This document shows positions 38,475 to 48,284 of a DNA stretch of 64,000 bases, piece after piece. The DNA is from Chloroflexota bacterium (GTDB taxonomy: Bacteria > Chloroflexota > Dehalococcoidia > Lucifugimonadales > Lucifugimonadaceae): NCBI GenBank assembly GCA_024275195.1, contig JAJRZP010000139.1, positions 5,645-69,644 of the forward strand, given 5' to 3'. Position 1 is the stretch's first letter. Every line of letters begins with the position of its first letter. Under the pieces are notes generated by a model. The model was not told the origin of the DNA. It worked only from the letters and a program-made list of their open reading frames with translations, and ran no database searches. A program made the position numbers and the translations under genes.

Positions 38475-40652
38475 ATGGGTCGATTGATCCTGGTTTCGAA
38501 CCGGTTGCCGGTCACAATTCAAGATGATCCCTCTGGTCAAACAGTCAGCCGCAGTTCCGGTGGCCTCGTCGCCGGGCTTGATCCACTCCACCAGAGCGGC
38601 GAAAGTATCTGGATTGGCTACCCCGGAACCAACCCCGACCAGAACGTTCGTAAATTGCTCACTGAAATGCGATTGGAACCGGTCGAGATTCCGTCTTCGC
38701 AATACTCTGGCTACTACGAAGGATTCTCGAACAGTGCCATCTGGCCGCTGTTTCACTACCTCCTTGAGCACTGCAATTTTGACCCCTCCGAATTCGACGA
38801 CTATCGGCGTGTAAACGAGCGATTCGCAAAAAAAATCCTCGAACACGCGCAGGACGACGACACGATCTGGATCCACGATTATCAGTTGATGCTTGTTCCG
38901 AGCATGGTGCGCGAAAAGCTGCCCGGTGCGCGAATTGGGTTCTTCCTTCACATCCCTTTTCCATCAGTCGAAGTTTTCCGGGTCATGCCCCAGCGCGAAG
39001 AACTGCTGAGAGGGCTTCTCGGAGCCGATCTAATTGGCGTCCATACTTTCGAGTACACCGATCATCTCTCTCGTTCGTTCAGGCGCGTTCTTGGACTGGA
39101 ATCACGACACGGTATCGTGAATCTATCGGGGCGCGGCGTTCGAATCGAATCGCACCCACTCGGGATCGATACCGCCAGCCAGCGCGCCGCTGCCTACTCT
39201 GACGAAGCGGAACAGATTCTCACTCGATACAAGCGCAGTTTCGGCGATGCTCAGGTAATTCTCGGTGTTGATCGACTCGACTACACAAAAGGTCTCACGA
39301 ATAAACTCGAAGCATTCAAGTTACTGCTTGATCGCGAGCCCAGATGGAGAGACGGGGCTGTATTAATACAGGTCGCCGTACCCTCTCGTGAGGCGATCGG
39401 AAGTTATAGCGATCAAAAATCAGAGCTGGAACGTCTCGTCGGCGAGATAAACGGCCTCTACGGTCGTGCAGGAAAAACACCAGTCCAGTACATATATGGC
39501 TCGGTATCACCCGCAGAACTCGGAGCGTTGTATCGTTTGGCCGATGTTGCCCTTGTGACACCTATTCGGGACGGTTTGAACCTCGTCGCGAAAGAGTATG
39601 TGGCGGTTCGGGACGACGGTGCCGGTGTGCTCGTTCTCAGTGAGTTTGCAGGCGCAGCGACAGAGCTCGGCGAGGCGTTGCGAATCAATCCCTGGGACAT
39701 CGATGGGACTGCTTCACAGATCGAAAGAGCGCTTGATATGGGGTTCGGTGAACGTAATGAACGGATGTCTCCAATGCACCGTCGCGTTGTCGAAAACGAT
39801 GTTCACCGCTGGGTCGATCGATTCATCCGCTCACTCGGTTCGCCCGAAAGTGAAATATCCGCGACACCGCCGATGCTGAGTTCGAGCACACTGGCCGAGA
39901 CTCTCGCCGGGCCGTTCGCTGCCTCAGAGAAACCATTGATAATGCTCGACTACGACGGCACGCTCCGTGAATTCACACCACGCTACGAAGACGCGGTGCC
40001 AACCGACGAAATACTTGGACTTCTGCAAGATCTGGGCGGTTTACATGGCGTGGAGGTCTACATCAACAGCGGGCGCGACCGTCACACGTTAGGCGAGTGG
40101 TTCGATGGCTTGAATGTCTCTCTTATCGCCGAGCATGGCTCGTGGGGCAAATTCAGAGACCAATCAGATTGGACACGCCTCGGACCTCCTCCCGATCTCA
40201 CGTGGAAAGCCGAGGCGCTCTCGATTCTAGAAGACTATGTGTCTCGAACTCCCGGTGCGCGTATCGAAGAGAAGTCCTCTGCGCTGGTATGGCACTTTCG
40301 AGAAGCGGAGGGTGATGTCGGCGAATGGCAATCGCTCGAACTCACATCGCATCTCGAAAACACTCTCGCAAGCGCGCCCGTCGAAATCATTACAGGCTCG
40401 AAAATCGTCGAGATCCGCCAGTACGGGCTCGACAAGGGTCGAGCGTATGGCATTGTCGAGGTGGAACGAGGCCCATTCGACTTCATTCTCGCAACCGGGG
40501 ATGATCGCACTGACGAAGACCTCTTCGCACAACTGCCGCCCGAAGCATTTTCGGTACACATCGGTCAGGGCGGATCACTGGCGACCTCATCGCTCAGTTC
40601 GCCAGCATCTGTCCGCCGCCTGCTCGCCCACCTCGTCTCAGTCAGATCCTAG
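38475..40652 (+). CDS. otsA: fused trehalose-6-phosphate synthase / trehalose-6-phosphate phosphatase
   Basis: 725 aa. The N-terminal GT20 domain begins MGRLILVSNRLPV. The C-terminal HAD phosphatase part carries LDYDGTL and GDDRTDEDLF. Confidence 0.93.
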   Translation: MGRLILVSNRLPVTIQDDPSGQTVSRSSGGLVAGLDPLHQSGESIWIGYPGTNPDQNVRKLLTEMRLEPVEIPSSQYSGYYEGFSNSAIWPLFHYLLEHCNFDPSEFDDYRRVNERFAKKILEHAQDDDTIWIHDYQLMLVPSMVREKLPGARIGFFLHIPFPSVEVFRVMPQREELLRGLLGADLIGVHTFEYTDHLSRSFRRVLGLESRHGIVNLSGRGVRIESHPLGIDTASQRAAAYSDEAEQILTRYKRSFGDAQVILGVDRLDYTKGLTNKLEAFKLLLDREPRWRDGAVLIQVAVPSREAIGSYSDQKSELERLVGEINGLYGRAGKTPVQYIYGSVSPAELGALYRLADVALVTPIRDGLNLVAKEYVAVRDDGAGVLVLSEFAGAATELGEALRINPWDIDGTASQIERALDMGFGERNERMSPMHRRVVENDVHRWVDRFIRSLGSPESEISATPPMLSSSTLAETLAGPFAASEKPLIMLDYDGTLREFTPRYEDAVPTDEILGLLQDLGGLHGVEVYINSGRDRHTLGEWFDGLNVSLIAEHGSWGKFRDQSDWTRLGPPPDLTWKAEALSILEDYVSRTPGARIEEKSSALVWHFREAEGDVGEWQSLELTSHLENTLASAPVEIITGSKIVEIRQYGLDKGRAYGIVEVERGPFDFILATGDDRTDEDLFAQLPPEAFSVHIGQGGSLATSSLSSPASVRRLLAHLVSVRS

Positions 40653-40663
40653 CCTGTACACCT

Positions 40664-40713
40664 ACGTCTCGACCGCAGCGAAAGCGAAGTCGATAGACCT
40701 TCGGTGGGGGCGG
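40664..40713 (+). repeat. intergenic conserved element, copy F (divergent centre)
   Basis: ACGTCTCGACCGCAGCGAAAGCGAAGTCGATAGACCTTCGGTGGGGGCGG shares the 5' ACGTC[CT]CGAC and 3' CTTCGGTGGGG flanks with the other copies. Its centre is a different hairpin. Confidence 0.5.
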
Positions 40714-40817
40714 TGAACGATTACTCCCTTCTCGAAACTCATAGCAAGACACCCGTCATCGCCGCGCCTACAATCCACCACACCAAACTCCGCCTCATCG
40801 AACAGGATCCACCCAGA

Positions 40818-42035
40818 TTGAAAATCACCGACATCAAAACCCACGTCGTTATGCCGATTCCGGGACTGGCATGGCTGTTCGTTGAAGTCGAGACCGACGA
40901 GGGCGTAACAGGGCTCGGTGAATGCACCGACTACGCCGTGAATAGCCATCTTGTCCGCGGCCTCGACGCGATCAAGCCACTTGTCGTTGGATCAGATCCC
41001 AAGAACATCGAAGAAATATGGCAACGAATATTTCATGTGAACTCGGACCTCAACGGCCGTGGCTACATTTCTCACCTCATTAGCGCTATCGATATCGCTC
41101 TTTGGGACATCAAAGGAAAGGTGCTCGGAGCACCTATTTACGATTTGCTGGGCGGACCGGTACGCGAAAGCGTCCCGCTCTACACCCACGTTCGAGACAT
41201 CAGCGCGGGTCAGGGTATCGACACGCTTATCGAGGAAGCAAAACTCACGGTCGCTGCTGGATACAAAGCGATCAAGACCGACCCCTTCCCTAGCCGACGC
41301 ACCATGGGCGAAACCTTTTACGGAGCCAACATGGTCGAGCAGATGGAGCCCAGGGCAATAGCCGAGGCGGTCGAGTGGATGGAGGCGCTACGCGAGACCG
41401 TCGGGCCCGATTACGAAATACTCGTCGATGCCCACGCCCGAATGGATGTCGCCTCAGCCATCAAAGCTGCAAATGCAATCGAACACATTGATCTCGTCTG
41501 GTTCGAAGAACCTACGCACGTCGAGAATCACAACTCGCTACGCCAGATACGCGAAAACACAAACGTGCCGCTCTGTGTCGGTGAACGACATTTCACTCGC
41601 TGGGATTACGATGTGATTCTGAGTGACCGTTTGGTCGACTACATCATGCCCGACATTGCATGGTGCGGTGGAATCAGTGAAATCCGGCGAATCGCAGCGA
41701 TGGCTGAAACACAGTACATTCGAGTCAGTCCGCATGATGCACTGGGTCCTGTGGCGATAGCAGCATCGTTCCAGGCATCGATCGCCATACCAAACCTCTA
41801 CCGAGAAGAATGTCTGCATACCTGGTTCGATGCCTTCGAGAAGATCATCACACCAATGTTCGATGTTCGCGATGGCTCGATCTATCCGAACGGGCGCCCC
41901 GGACTCGGAATCGAGCTGATTCCAGAAGCGATCGAGGAGTTCAGGGTTGATGTTGATTCGCCCGAGGCACAACCCGGGTGGTGGAACAAAGCCAATATGG
42001 CGACCGGTGCGTGGGCGACCGAAGATAACGAGTAG
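40818..42035 (+). CDS. enolase-superfamily acid-sugar dehydratase (D-galactonate dehydratase-like)
   Basis: A TTG start gives MKITDIKTHVV..., the usual N-terminus of this family, with AGGA about 10 nt upstream. Motifs include FVEVETDEGVTGLGE and IDIALWDIKGKVLGAPIYDLLGG. The track start at 40704 lies inside repeat copy F. Confidence 0.88.
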   Translation: MKITDIKTHVVMPIPGLAWLFVEVETDEGVTGLGECTDYAVNSHLVRGLDAIKPLVVGSDPKNIEEIWQRIFHVNSDLNGRGYISHLISAIDIALWDIKGKVLGAPIYDLLGGPVRESVPLYTHVRDISAGQGIDTLIEEAKLTVAAGYKAIKTDPFPSRRTMGETFYGANMVEQMEPRAIAEAVEWMEALRETVGPDYEILVDAHARMDVASAIKAANAIEHIDLVWFEEPTHVENHNSLRQIRENTNVPLCVGERHFTRWDYDVILSDRLVDYIMPDIAWCGGISEIRRIAAMAETQYIRVSPHDALGPVAIAASFQASIAIPNLYREECLHTWFDAFEKIITPMFDVRDGSIYPNGRPGLGIELIPEAIEEFRVDVDSPEAQPGWWNKANMATGAWATEDNE

Positions 42036-42415
42036 GTGCCCGCGGCAAACTTCCTGTGAGTTCGGGCGATTTGTGGCTGAGTCGAGAAATCTAATCTGCT
42101 GAATAATTCGCACAGTAACCCTAAAATTGTCTTTGCAAGAGGGCGCGACGTGGCAATTGCTACAAAAGGGCTACAGGATGCGAACCAGTCGAACACGCTC
42201 GTAACCACTACGCGGGCCTTCAAGATTAAACGATCACAGCGTATGCCCACCGATTGTCACATCACTCCCCTCGCACTGACCACCGCCTCTGCAAATCGAA
42301 CACCCTCACGATCATTTCACAGCAGGTGTCGTGACGTTTAATGTAATATTCCGGGCAGTTTTATTTCGCGGTGAGAAACTCGTCTCGACGCGTGTATTAG
42401 CGATCGGAGAACGAA

Positions 42416-43777
42416 GTGGCTGACCAGAAAAAATTCCTTCTTTCGGAAAACGACATCCCGAAGCAGTGGTACAACATCACGGCCGACCTACCAACACCGC
42501 TGGACCCACCGCTGCACCCCGGCACACTACAGCCAGCCGGACCAGACGATCTTGCCCCACTGTTTCCAACCGAACTGATAATGCAGGAAGTCAGCCAGGA
42601 TCGCTGGATCGACATTCCCGACCCGGTTCGCGAAATGTATCGAATGTGGCGACCCACCCCGCTTATTCGAGCAACCGGACTCGAAAAAGCGCTCGGCACG
42701 CCTGCCAAGATTTTCTACAAGTACGAAGGCGTGAGCCCGGTCGGAAGCCACAAGCCGAACACCGCTGTTGCGCAGGCTTACTACAACAAGATCGAAGGTA
42801 CAAAGCGCATTGTCACCGAAACAGGCGCCGGTCAGTGGGGTAGCGCACTTGCATTTGCCTGTCAGCAGTTCGGGATCGAGGCGAAGGTCTACATGGTGAA
42901 GGCGAGCTTCGACCAGAAGCCGTATCGAAAATCGATGATGCAGACATGGGGTGGAACCGTCACCGCCAGTCCGAGCGAAGAGACCGAGGCCGGTCGCTCC
43001 ATTCTGGCTGAAGACCCGGACTCACCCGGTTCTCTCGGAATCGCAATCTCCGAGGCAGTGGAGGTCGCCGCACAGAACGACGATACCAAGTACTCACTGG
43101 GCTCCGTACTCAACCATGTGCTGATGCATCAGACGGTCATCGGCCAGGAAGCTATTCTTCAGATGGAGATGGCAGATGCTTACCCTGATATCGTAATCGG
43201 TTGCGCTGGCGGTGGATCAAATCTCGCAGGAATCTCTTTCCCCTTCATAGCCGACAAGCTGGCAGGCAAGACAAATACTCGGTTCATCGCAGTCGAGCCC
43301 GAGGCATCTCCTTCGTTGACGAAGGGTAAGTTCGCATACGACTTCGGAGATGCGATCGGAACTACCCCGCTATTCAAGATGCACACGCTGGGACACACAT
43401 TCGTCCCGAATCCGATTCATGCCGGAGGCCTCCGCTATCACGGCATGGCGCCTCTGGTGAGTGCGCTGTTCGATGCCGGTGTCTATGAAGCTCGCGCCTA
43501 TCACCAGAACACCTGTTTCGAGGCCGCAATTCTATTTGCGAGTACCGAGGGAATTATCCCGGCGCCAGAGCCTACTCACGCCCTCAAGGCTGCTATCGAT
43601 GAAGCGCTTGTCGCCAAAGAGACTGGGGAAGAGAAGAACATCCTGTTCCACCTGTGTGGTCACGGGCACCTTGATCTCTCGGCCTACGATAGTTACCTCT
43701 CGGGCAACATGATTGACTACTCTCTGCCGTCGGAAGAAATCGCGGAAGCGATGAAGTCCGTCCCGCAGCTGGGCTAA
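42416..43777 (+). CDS. trpB: TrpB2-type tryptophan synthase beta-like PLP enzyme
   Basis: 453 aa with the long TrpB2 N-terminus ([13 protein letters not shown]) and the PLP-lysine context GSHKPNTA. No trpA is adjacent. Confidence 0.9.
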   Translation: MADQKKFLLSENDIPKQWYNITADLPTPLDPPLHPGTLQPAGPDDLAPLFPTELIMQEVSQDRWIDIPDPVREMYRMWRPTPLIRATGLEKALGTPAKIFYKYEGVSPVGSHKPNTAVAQAYYNKIEGTKRIVTETGAGQWGSALAFACQQFGIEAKVYMVKASFDQKPYRKSMMQTWGGTVTASPSEETEAGRSILAEDPDSPGSLGIAISEAVEVAAQNDDTKYSLGSVLNHVLMHQTVIGQEAILQMEMADAYPDIVIGCAGGGSNLAGISFPFIADKLAGKTNTRFIAVEPEASPSLTKGKFAYDFGDAIGTTPLFKMHTLGHTFVPNPIHAGGLRYHGMAPLVSALFDAGVYEARAYHQNTCFEAAILFASTEGIIPAPEPTHALKAAIDEALVAKETGEEKNILFHLCGHGHLDLSAYDSYLSGNMIDYSLPSEEIAEAMKSVPQLG

Positions 43778-43808
43778 TAGTTCGAACACTGGTCGTTACA
43801 GTTGAATA

Positions 43809-43844
43809 CCAAGAAAGGGTCGACCATTGTCGACCCTTTCTTGG
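43809..43844. terminator. bidirectional stem-loop terminator between convergent genes
   Basis: CCAAGAAAGGGTCGAC-CATT-GTCGACCCTTTCTTGG forms a perfect 16-bp stem followed by TTG. It lies between the trpB2 stop (43777) and the DUF1761 stop (43894). Confidence 0.7.
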
Positions 43845-43893
43845 TTGTCGTCGAATTCTTATGAGCGCGGGGGTACCGTACCAATGGCAGCGA

Positions 43894-44250
43894 TCAGGCG
43901 TTAAACGCACCAATAATTGCTCCGCTCAGAGTAATCGCAAGCCCGGTATTGATCGCATTCATAATCGCCAAACGCCATGGCTGTTTAGCAAACGAATAGT
44001 GCGGAATCTTGTTTGTTGCAGCAATCCCGAATCCGATCACAGCCCCAACCGCGAGGCCTTCTTCAAGTTCACCGCCGATGTTGTTGACAACAAGGGCGAT
44101 AAATATTGTCGTGGTTACCAGCAACACGAGCATGGAAGCCCAGGCAAGCGGCATATTGCCTTCGCGAATTTTCTGCTCGTCCAGTCCCACGTCTTCCATC
44201 CACATGGAACCGATTACCCGCTTGTTGTACCAGACCATTCCTAAAACCAT
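43894..44250 (-). CDS. DUF1761-family membrane protein (N-terminus problematic, see findings)
   Basis: 118 aa as called. The family-typical N-terminal EIDWKAVVVATAAD lies in frame upstream of the called ATG but follows an in-frame TAG. Confidence 0.65.
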   Translation of the reverse strand: MVLGMVWYNKRVIGSMWMEDVGLDEQKIREGNMPLAWASMLVLLVTTTIFIALVVNNIGGELEEGLAVGAVIGFGIAATNKIPHYSFAKQPWRLAIMNAINTGLAITLSGAIIGAFNA

Positions 44251-44507
44251 ATCCGCGGCGGTAGCAACTACAACCGCTTTCCAATCGATCTCAGACCAGC
44301 CCTACTCAAATCCCATGATGTCCCTCTCTGAACTACAACACGTACATTGATGCACATGCCTGAACTTGAAGGTCGATCATCGCTCATAGAGCAATACTAT
44401 TCATCCACGATTCGTAACGTAGTTGCCGAATTTCGTCACAAATGAAGGCCACGTACTCTGTGTAACGATCAGGTTCGAGTGCTCGGTTACGATTAGTTCG
44501 AGTAAGC

Positions 44508-47500
44508 CTAACCCTGGTTGCCTGACCCAGAGACCGTAAGTGCGTAGCTGCCTATGCCCGGGTTTCCACTGTACGACAGCGAATGAACCTGAACGTAATA
44601 CGTACCGTTCGTTGTCGCCTTCCATTTGAATCGAGGCTCTCGACCCTCGCCCGAAGAAATATCCCGGACAAGAACTGTGGTTCCATCAACCCCGATCAGG
44701 GTCAATGCCGGATCGCTGAGCGTGCCAAGAGCTGAAGAGCGGACCTCAAACCAGTATGTCCATCCCTCAACTGCCTCAAACGAAAACCAGTCTTGATCAC
44801 CCCGGTACTCCAGAGACCCCCCGATCGTCTTATACCCGGATACGGAGGTTCCCAGCATGGCGGGTTCAGCCATTCCAGCGTTGTTTCCGTACGGGTCAGC
44901 ACTTGAAGCAGCTGTTAGCCGATATGTACCAACTCGTGGATTGCCGCTGTATGGCCGTGAAGACACCTTGAGCAGATACGTACCCGTTCCATTTGCTGTC
45001 CACTCCAAGAATGCAGATTTTTCTGGGCCAGAGTCGATATCTGCTTTTATTTTGTTCGAGCCGCCGGGCTCATAGATACTCAAATCAGGATCGGATAGCG
45101 ACAGCGCATCAACACTAAACCTGTACGTCCATCCCTCGACCGCGTCGATCGAGAACCAATCGTCGTCGCCTTTGTATTCAAGATCACCTCCGATGACAAC
45201 GGTGCCAGTTGTACCAGGCGAGAGTCCGAGAGTCGTCGCTGTGACTGCATTGTCGCCATGATCGTCTGATTCCACAGAGAATCGAATGACAAACCCGCCA
45301 GTTCGAATATTCCCGCTGTATAAAAGCGTTCTCAGTTCAAGGAAATAAGTCCCGTCTGCTGGCGCAACCCACTCGAGCCGGGCGTCGAGGCCGTCTCCGT
45401 CGTTAGAATCGGTATCCAGAACCGTAGTGCCGTCCACATCGATTAGCCTGAGGTCAGGATCGATCAACGAAGTGCCAGACGCGTAGAACCGGTAAACCTG
45501 ACCTTTGGTTGCAGAGAACTTAAACCAATCCGAGTCACCGTTGGACTCAAGGTCACCAGATACCGTGACGAGATCTTCGCCAGAAACTCCCAGCGCAACA
45601 TACTCGGCATCTTCAGCTGAATTTGACTGGCTATCTGTTCCAGTCGTTATGGAAATCCAGTACCTACCAGTTCGATTGTTCCCACTGTAGGCCCGTGTGT
45701 ACATCTCAAAGAAATAGGTGCCACTTTCCGGCGCTATCCACTCAATGCGAGGTGATTTGGCGAAACCTGAATCCAGATTCGTTGCGAGGATCGAAGTGCC
45801 GTCGATATCGATTAGTCTGAGATCAGGGTCGGCAAGCGAGATGCTGGTTGCTTCCAATCGGTATAGATTCCCTTTTTCAGCAACAAACGAGAACCAGTCT
45901 GAATCTCCTGATGCTAGCTCCCCGTAAACCGTCGAGCCGACCGCGACCGCGGTACTGGACTCAGCATCGCCACCGTGTTCATCCGCAGCGAATATTCCGA
46001 TCTGTCCGCCTAGCTTTTGATCCTCTTCAGAAAGTTTCTGGAAATCCTTGTATATCTCTGTCTCGAATACTCCGGTCAGAGGGCTTGAGCTTCCACCTGT
46101 TTGTACCGAAAGTCCGTAGCCACCAATTCCAGCAATCAGATACGATTGAACGCTAATGTAGAACCGGCCTGAGCTTGCAGCGGAAAAACCGTCAAACACC
46201 ACACTCCGCCGTGCATCAGGAACGCCAGTATCGCTATATAAAGTCGTTCCGCTGGCAAAGCCAGAACCATGCTGAATAACCCCGTCGATAATCATCGAAC
46301 TGAACAAATCCATTCGGGCAGTTTTCAGCGACTCCGAAGCGAGGGTAATCGTATATTTGGTTTCTGACTGAACGTTGAACCAGAACCAATCGACGTCTCC
46401 CTGAGTCTCGATCGTTCCAGTTTTTGATACGCCAAGAGCTGATATTTCTGTTGCGCCAACCGATGAATCCGCATAGTCATCCATGGTGGTGGTTATAAGC
46501 ACAGAGTACGCACCTGTAGCCCGTCCGCTGGCCGATCGAATTTTAATGAAATAAGTCTCGCTATCAGGCGCCATCCAATCGACGAAATCGTTCAGCCCAC
46601 GATCGTCGATCATGATGCGAGTCACGCCATTCGTCGATATAAGGGTCAATCCCGAATCTGACAACGTAGAGCCCGGTGAGATAGTTGTGGCGATTTTGTA
46701 GAGCACGCCCTCAGTGGTATTGAACGAGAACCAGTCCTCGTCCCCAACAGTTTCCAGATTGCCAGATATCAGCACTCCAGTAGAAATCGAGGTAGCTTCA
46801 CTCGATGAGTCGCCATAGTCATCAGTAAGGGCTGACGCGGTCAATGTGTAGGTGCCAAGACCACCACTAGCACGCGCAGCTACCGACACGAAATAGGTAC
46901 CATTCACAGGTGCTGTCCAAACGATATTCGGCAAACCGCCAGAACTGTCGGCACCACTAACCAACCTCGTCAAACCATTCTGATCAAACAGACGGAAACG
47001 TGTTCCTACAGGCGCATTGGATAGGTGAAATCGATACTCCGTTCCCTGGCCGGCCTGAAAGCTAAACCAATCTTGATCGCCAGTTGATTCAAGTTCACCC
47101 GAGTTACTTGACGGCACACTGATAGCGACAGCGCTGTCTGAATTATTTCCATAATCGTCGCTGCGGGCGGTCAATTCGATGCCGTAAGCCCCGGTGGCAT
47201 TGTCGTCAGAAGCTGAGACTGAAAGATAGTACGTTCCAGATTCAATTGCAGACCAGTTGAGCCCGGTGGAATCCCCAGCAACAGAACTGTCGTCGGCTGC
47301 AAGACGACGGAGCCCGTTGGTACTGAGTAGCTGAAGTGACGGGTTAACCAGGCTGATTGAGTTCACTTCTACTCGATACGAGGTACCTGCAGTCGCTTCG
47401 AAAGCGAACCAATCGCGGTCACCTCGCGTGCCGATCTGCCCCTGTTTAGTCTCTTCCGAGACTATCGTGGCCGCGTCGGTGATTCTGCTGCTGTAATCAT

Positions 47501-48284
47501 CTATAGTACCAACGACCGAAACCCGGTATCTCCCAGGAACTCCCGATGCCCCGACGCCGACGTTCAGATAGTAGGTTTCTGTCGCCGGTGCTACCCACTC
47601 GATCGAAGCACCATTACCACCGCTCCCATTGTCATCAACAACAAGAACATTTCTCCCATCATGGTTTACCAGTTTCAGCAACGGGTCCGAGGTAGTCGCA
47701 AGGACATAAGACGCGGCCGTTATCCGATAGACGGTCCCTTCTGTCGCTGAGAATGAGAACCAGTCCACATCGCTTGCAGGCTCGATCCAGCCAGAAGCAG
47801 ATCCGTTCGACTGAATTGCGGTGGCGGCTCGATCATCATCCCCGTGATCGTCGACAACTGGAGGTGTGGATACCACAACTGGTATCGATGTTGGGACGGG
47901 AGCCTCTGTGGGGATCGGTGTCGGGATCCGAACTTGTGTTGGGACCGGAGTTGGCACAGGAACCAAAGTCGATGTTGGAGCAGGATCCGGTGTGGGCACT
48001 GTTGCTACATTCGTTGACTGAGGCGCGATGGTTTCCGTAGGCACGGGGTCAACAGCAGTCATCGGGGTTGTAGCGGGAGTAAGATCAGCCACCGCAGTTG
48101 GTGGCTTCGATGGTGAAGTTGGCTCTGTCGCAGTCTGTGCACTTGCTGTCGCAGGGGGCGAAGTTTCCGGGGGAATCGCCGTTGTGGCAAGCTCTTCAAG
48201 TGCTGTACATGAAATGGCAGCGAAAAGTGCCACTCCAATAATTAAGAGTAGGAGCGATTTCCTGACCACGGTAACCTCGATCAC
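44508..48284 (-). CDS. large surface lipoprotein with nine PPC-type (pre-peptidase C-terminal-like) repeats
   Basis: 1258 aa. It has a signal peptide with lipobox (AAISC) and a Pro/Thr-rich linker of about 110 aa. Nine repeats of about 105-125 aa follow, each containing Dx DWF x F ... G..Y(R/K). Confidence 0.85.
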   Translation of the reverse strand: MIEVTVVRKSLLLLIIGVALFAAISCTALEELATTAIPPETSPPATASAQTATEPTSPSKPPTAVADLTPATTPMTAVDPVPTETIAPQSTNVATVPTPDPAPTSTLVPVPTPVPTQVRIPTPIPTEAPVPTSIPVVVSTPPVVDDHGDDDRAATAIQSNGSASGWIEPASDVDWFSFSATEGTVYRITAASYVLATTSDPLLKLVNHDGRNVLVVDDNGSGGNGASIEWVAPATETYYLNVGVGASGVPGRYRVSVVGTIDDYSSRITDAATIVSEETKQGQIGTRGDRDWFAFEATAGTSYRVEVNSISLVNPSLQLLSTNGLRRLAADDSSVAGDSTGLNWSAIESGTYYLSVSASDDNATGAYGIELTARSDDYGNNSDSAVAISVPSSNSGELESTGDQDWFSFQAGQGTEYRFHLSNAPVGTRFRLFDQNGLTRLVSGADSSGGLPNIVWTAPVNGTYFVSVAARASGGLGTYTLTASALTDDYGDSSSEATSISTGVLISGNLETVGDEDWFSFNTTEGVLYKIATTISPGSTLSDSGLTLISTNGVTRIMIDDRGLNDFVDWMAPDSETYFIKIRSASGRATGAYSVLITTTMDDYADSSVGATEISALGVSKTGTIETQGDVDWFWFNVQSETKYTITLASESLKTARMDLFSSMIIDGVIQHGSGFASGTTLYSDTGVPDARRSVVFDGFSAASSGRFYISVQSYLIAGIGGYGLSVQTGGSSSPLTGVFETEIYKDFQKLSEEDQKLGGQIGIFAADEHGGDAESSTAVAVGSTVYGELASGDSDWFSFVAEKGNLYRLEATSISLADPDLRLIDIDGTSILATNLDSGFAKSPRIEWIAPESGTYFFEMYTRAYSGNNRTGRYWISITTGTDSQSNSAEDAEYVALGVSGEDLVTVSGDLESNGDSDWFKFSATKGQVYRFYASGTSLIDPDLRLIDVDGTTVLDTDSNDGDGLDARLEWVAPADGTYFLELRTLLYSGNIRTGGFVIRFSVESDDHGDNAVTATTLGLSPGTTGTVVIGGDLEYKGDDDWFSIDAVEGWTYRFSVDALSLSDPDLSIYEPGGSNKIKADIDSGPEKSAFLEWTANGTGTYLLKVSSRPYSGNPRVGTYRLTAASSADPYGNNAGMAEPAMLGTSVSGYKTIGGSLEYRGDQDWFSFEAVEGWTYWFEVRSSALGTLSDPALTLIGVDGTTVLVRDISSGEGREPRFKWKATTNGTYYVQVHSLSYSGNPGIGSYALTVSGSGNQG

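Noticed and set aside
38415-38951. 178-aa minus-strand ORF overlapping the start of the OtsA-OtsB gene
   Set aside because: It is antisense to a strongly supported GT20 N-terminus (MGRLILVSNRLPV...), and no family was recognised.
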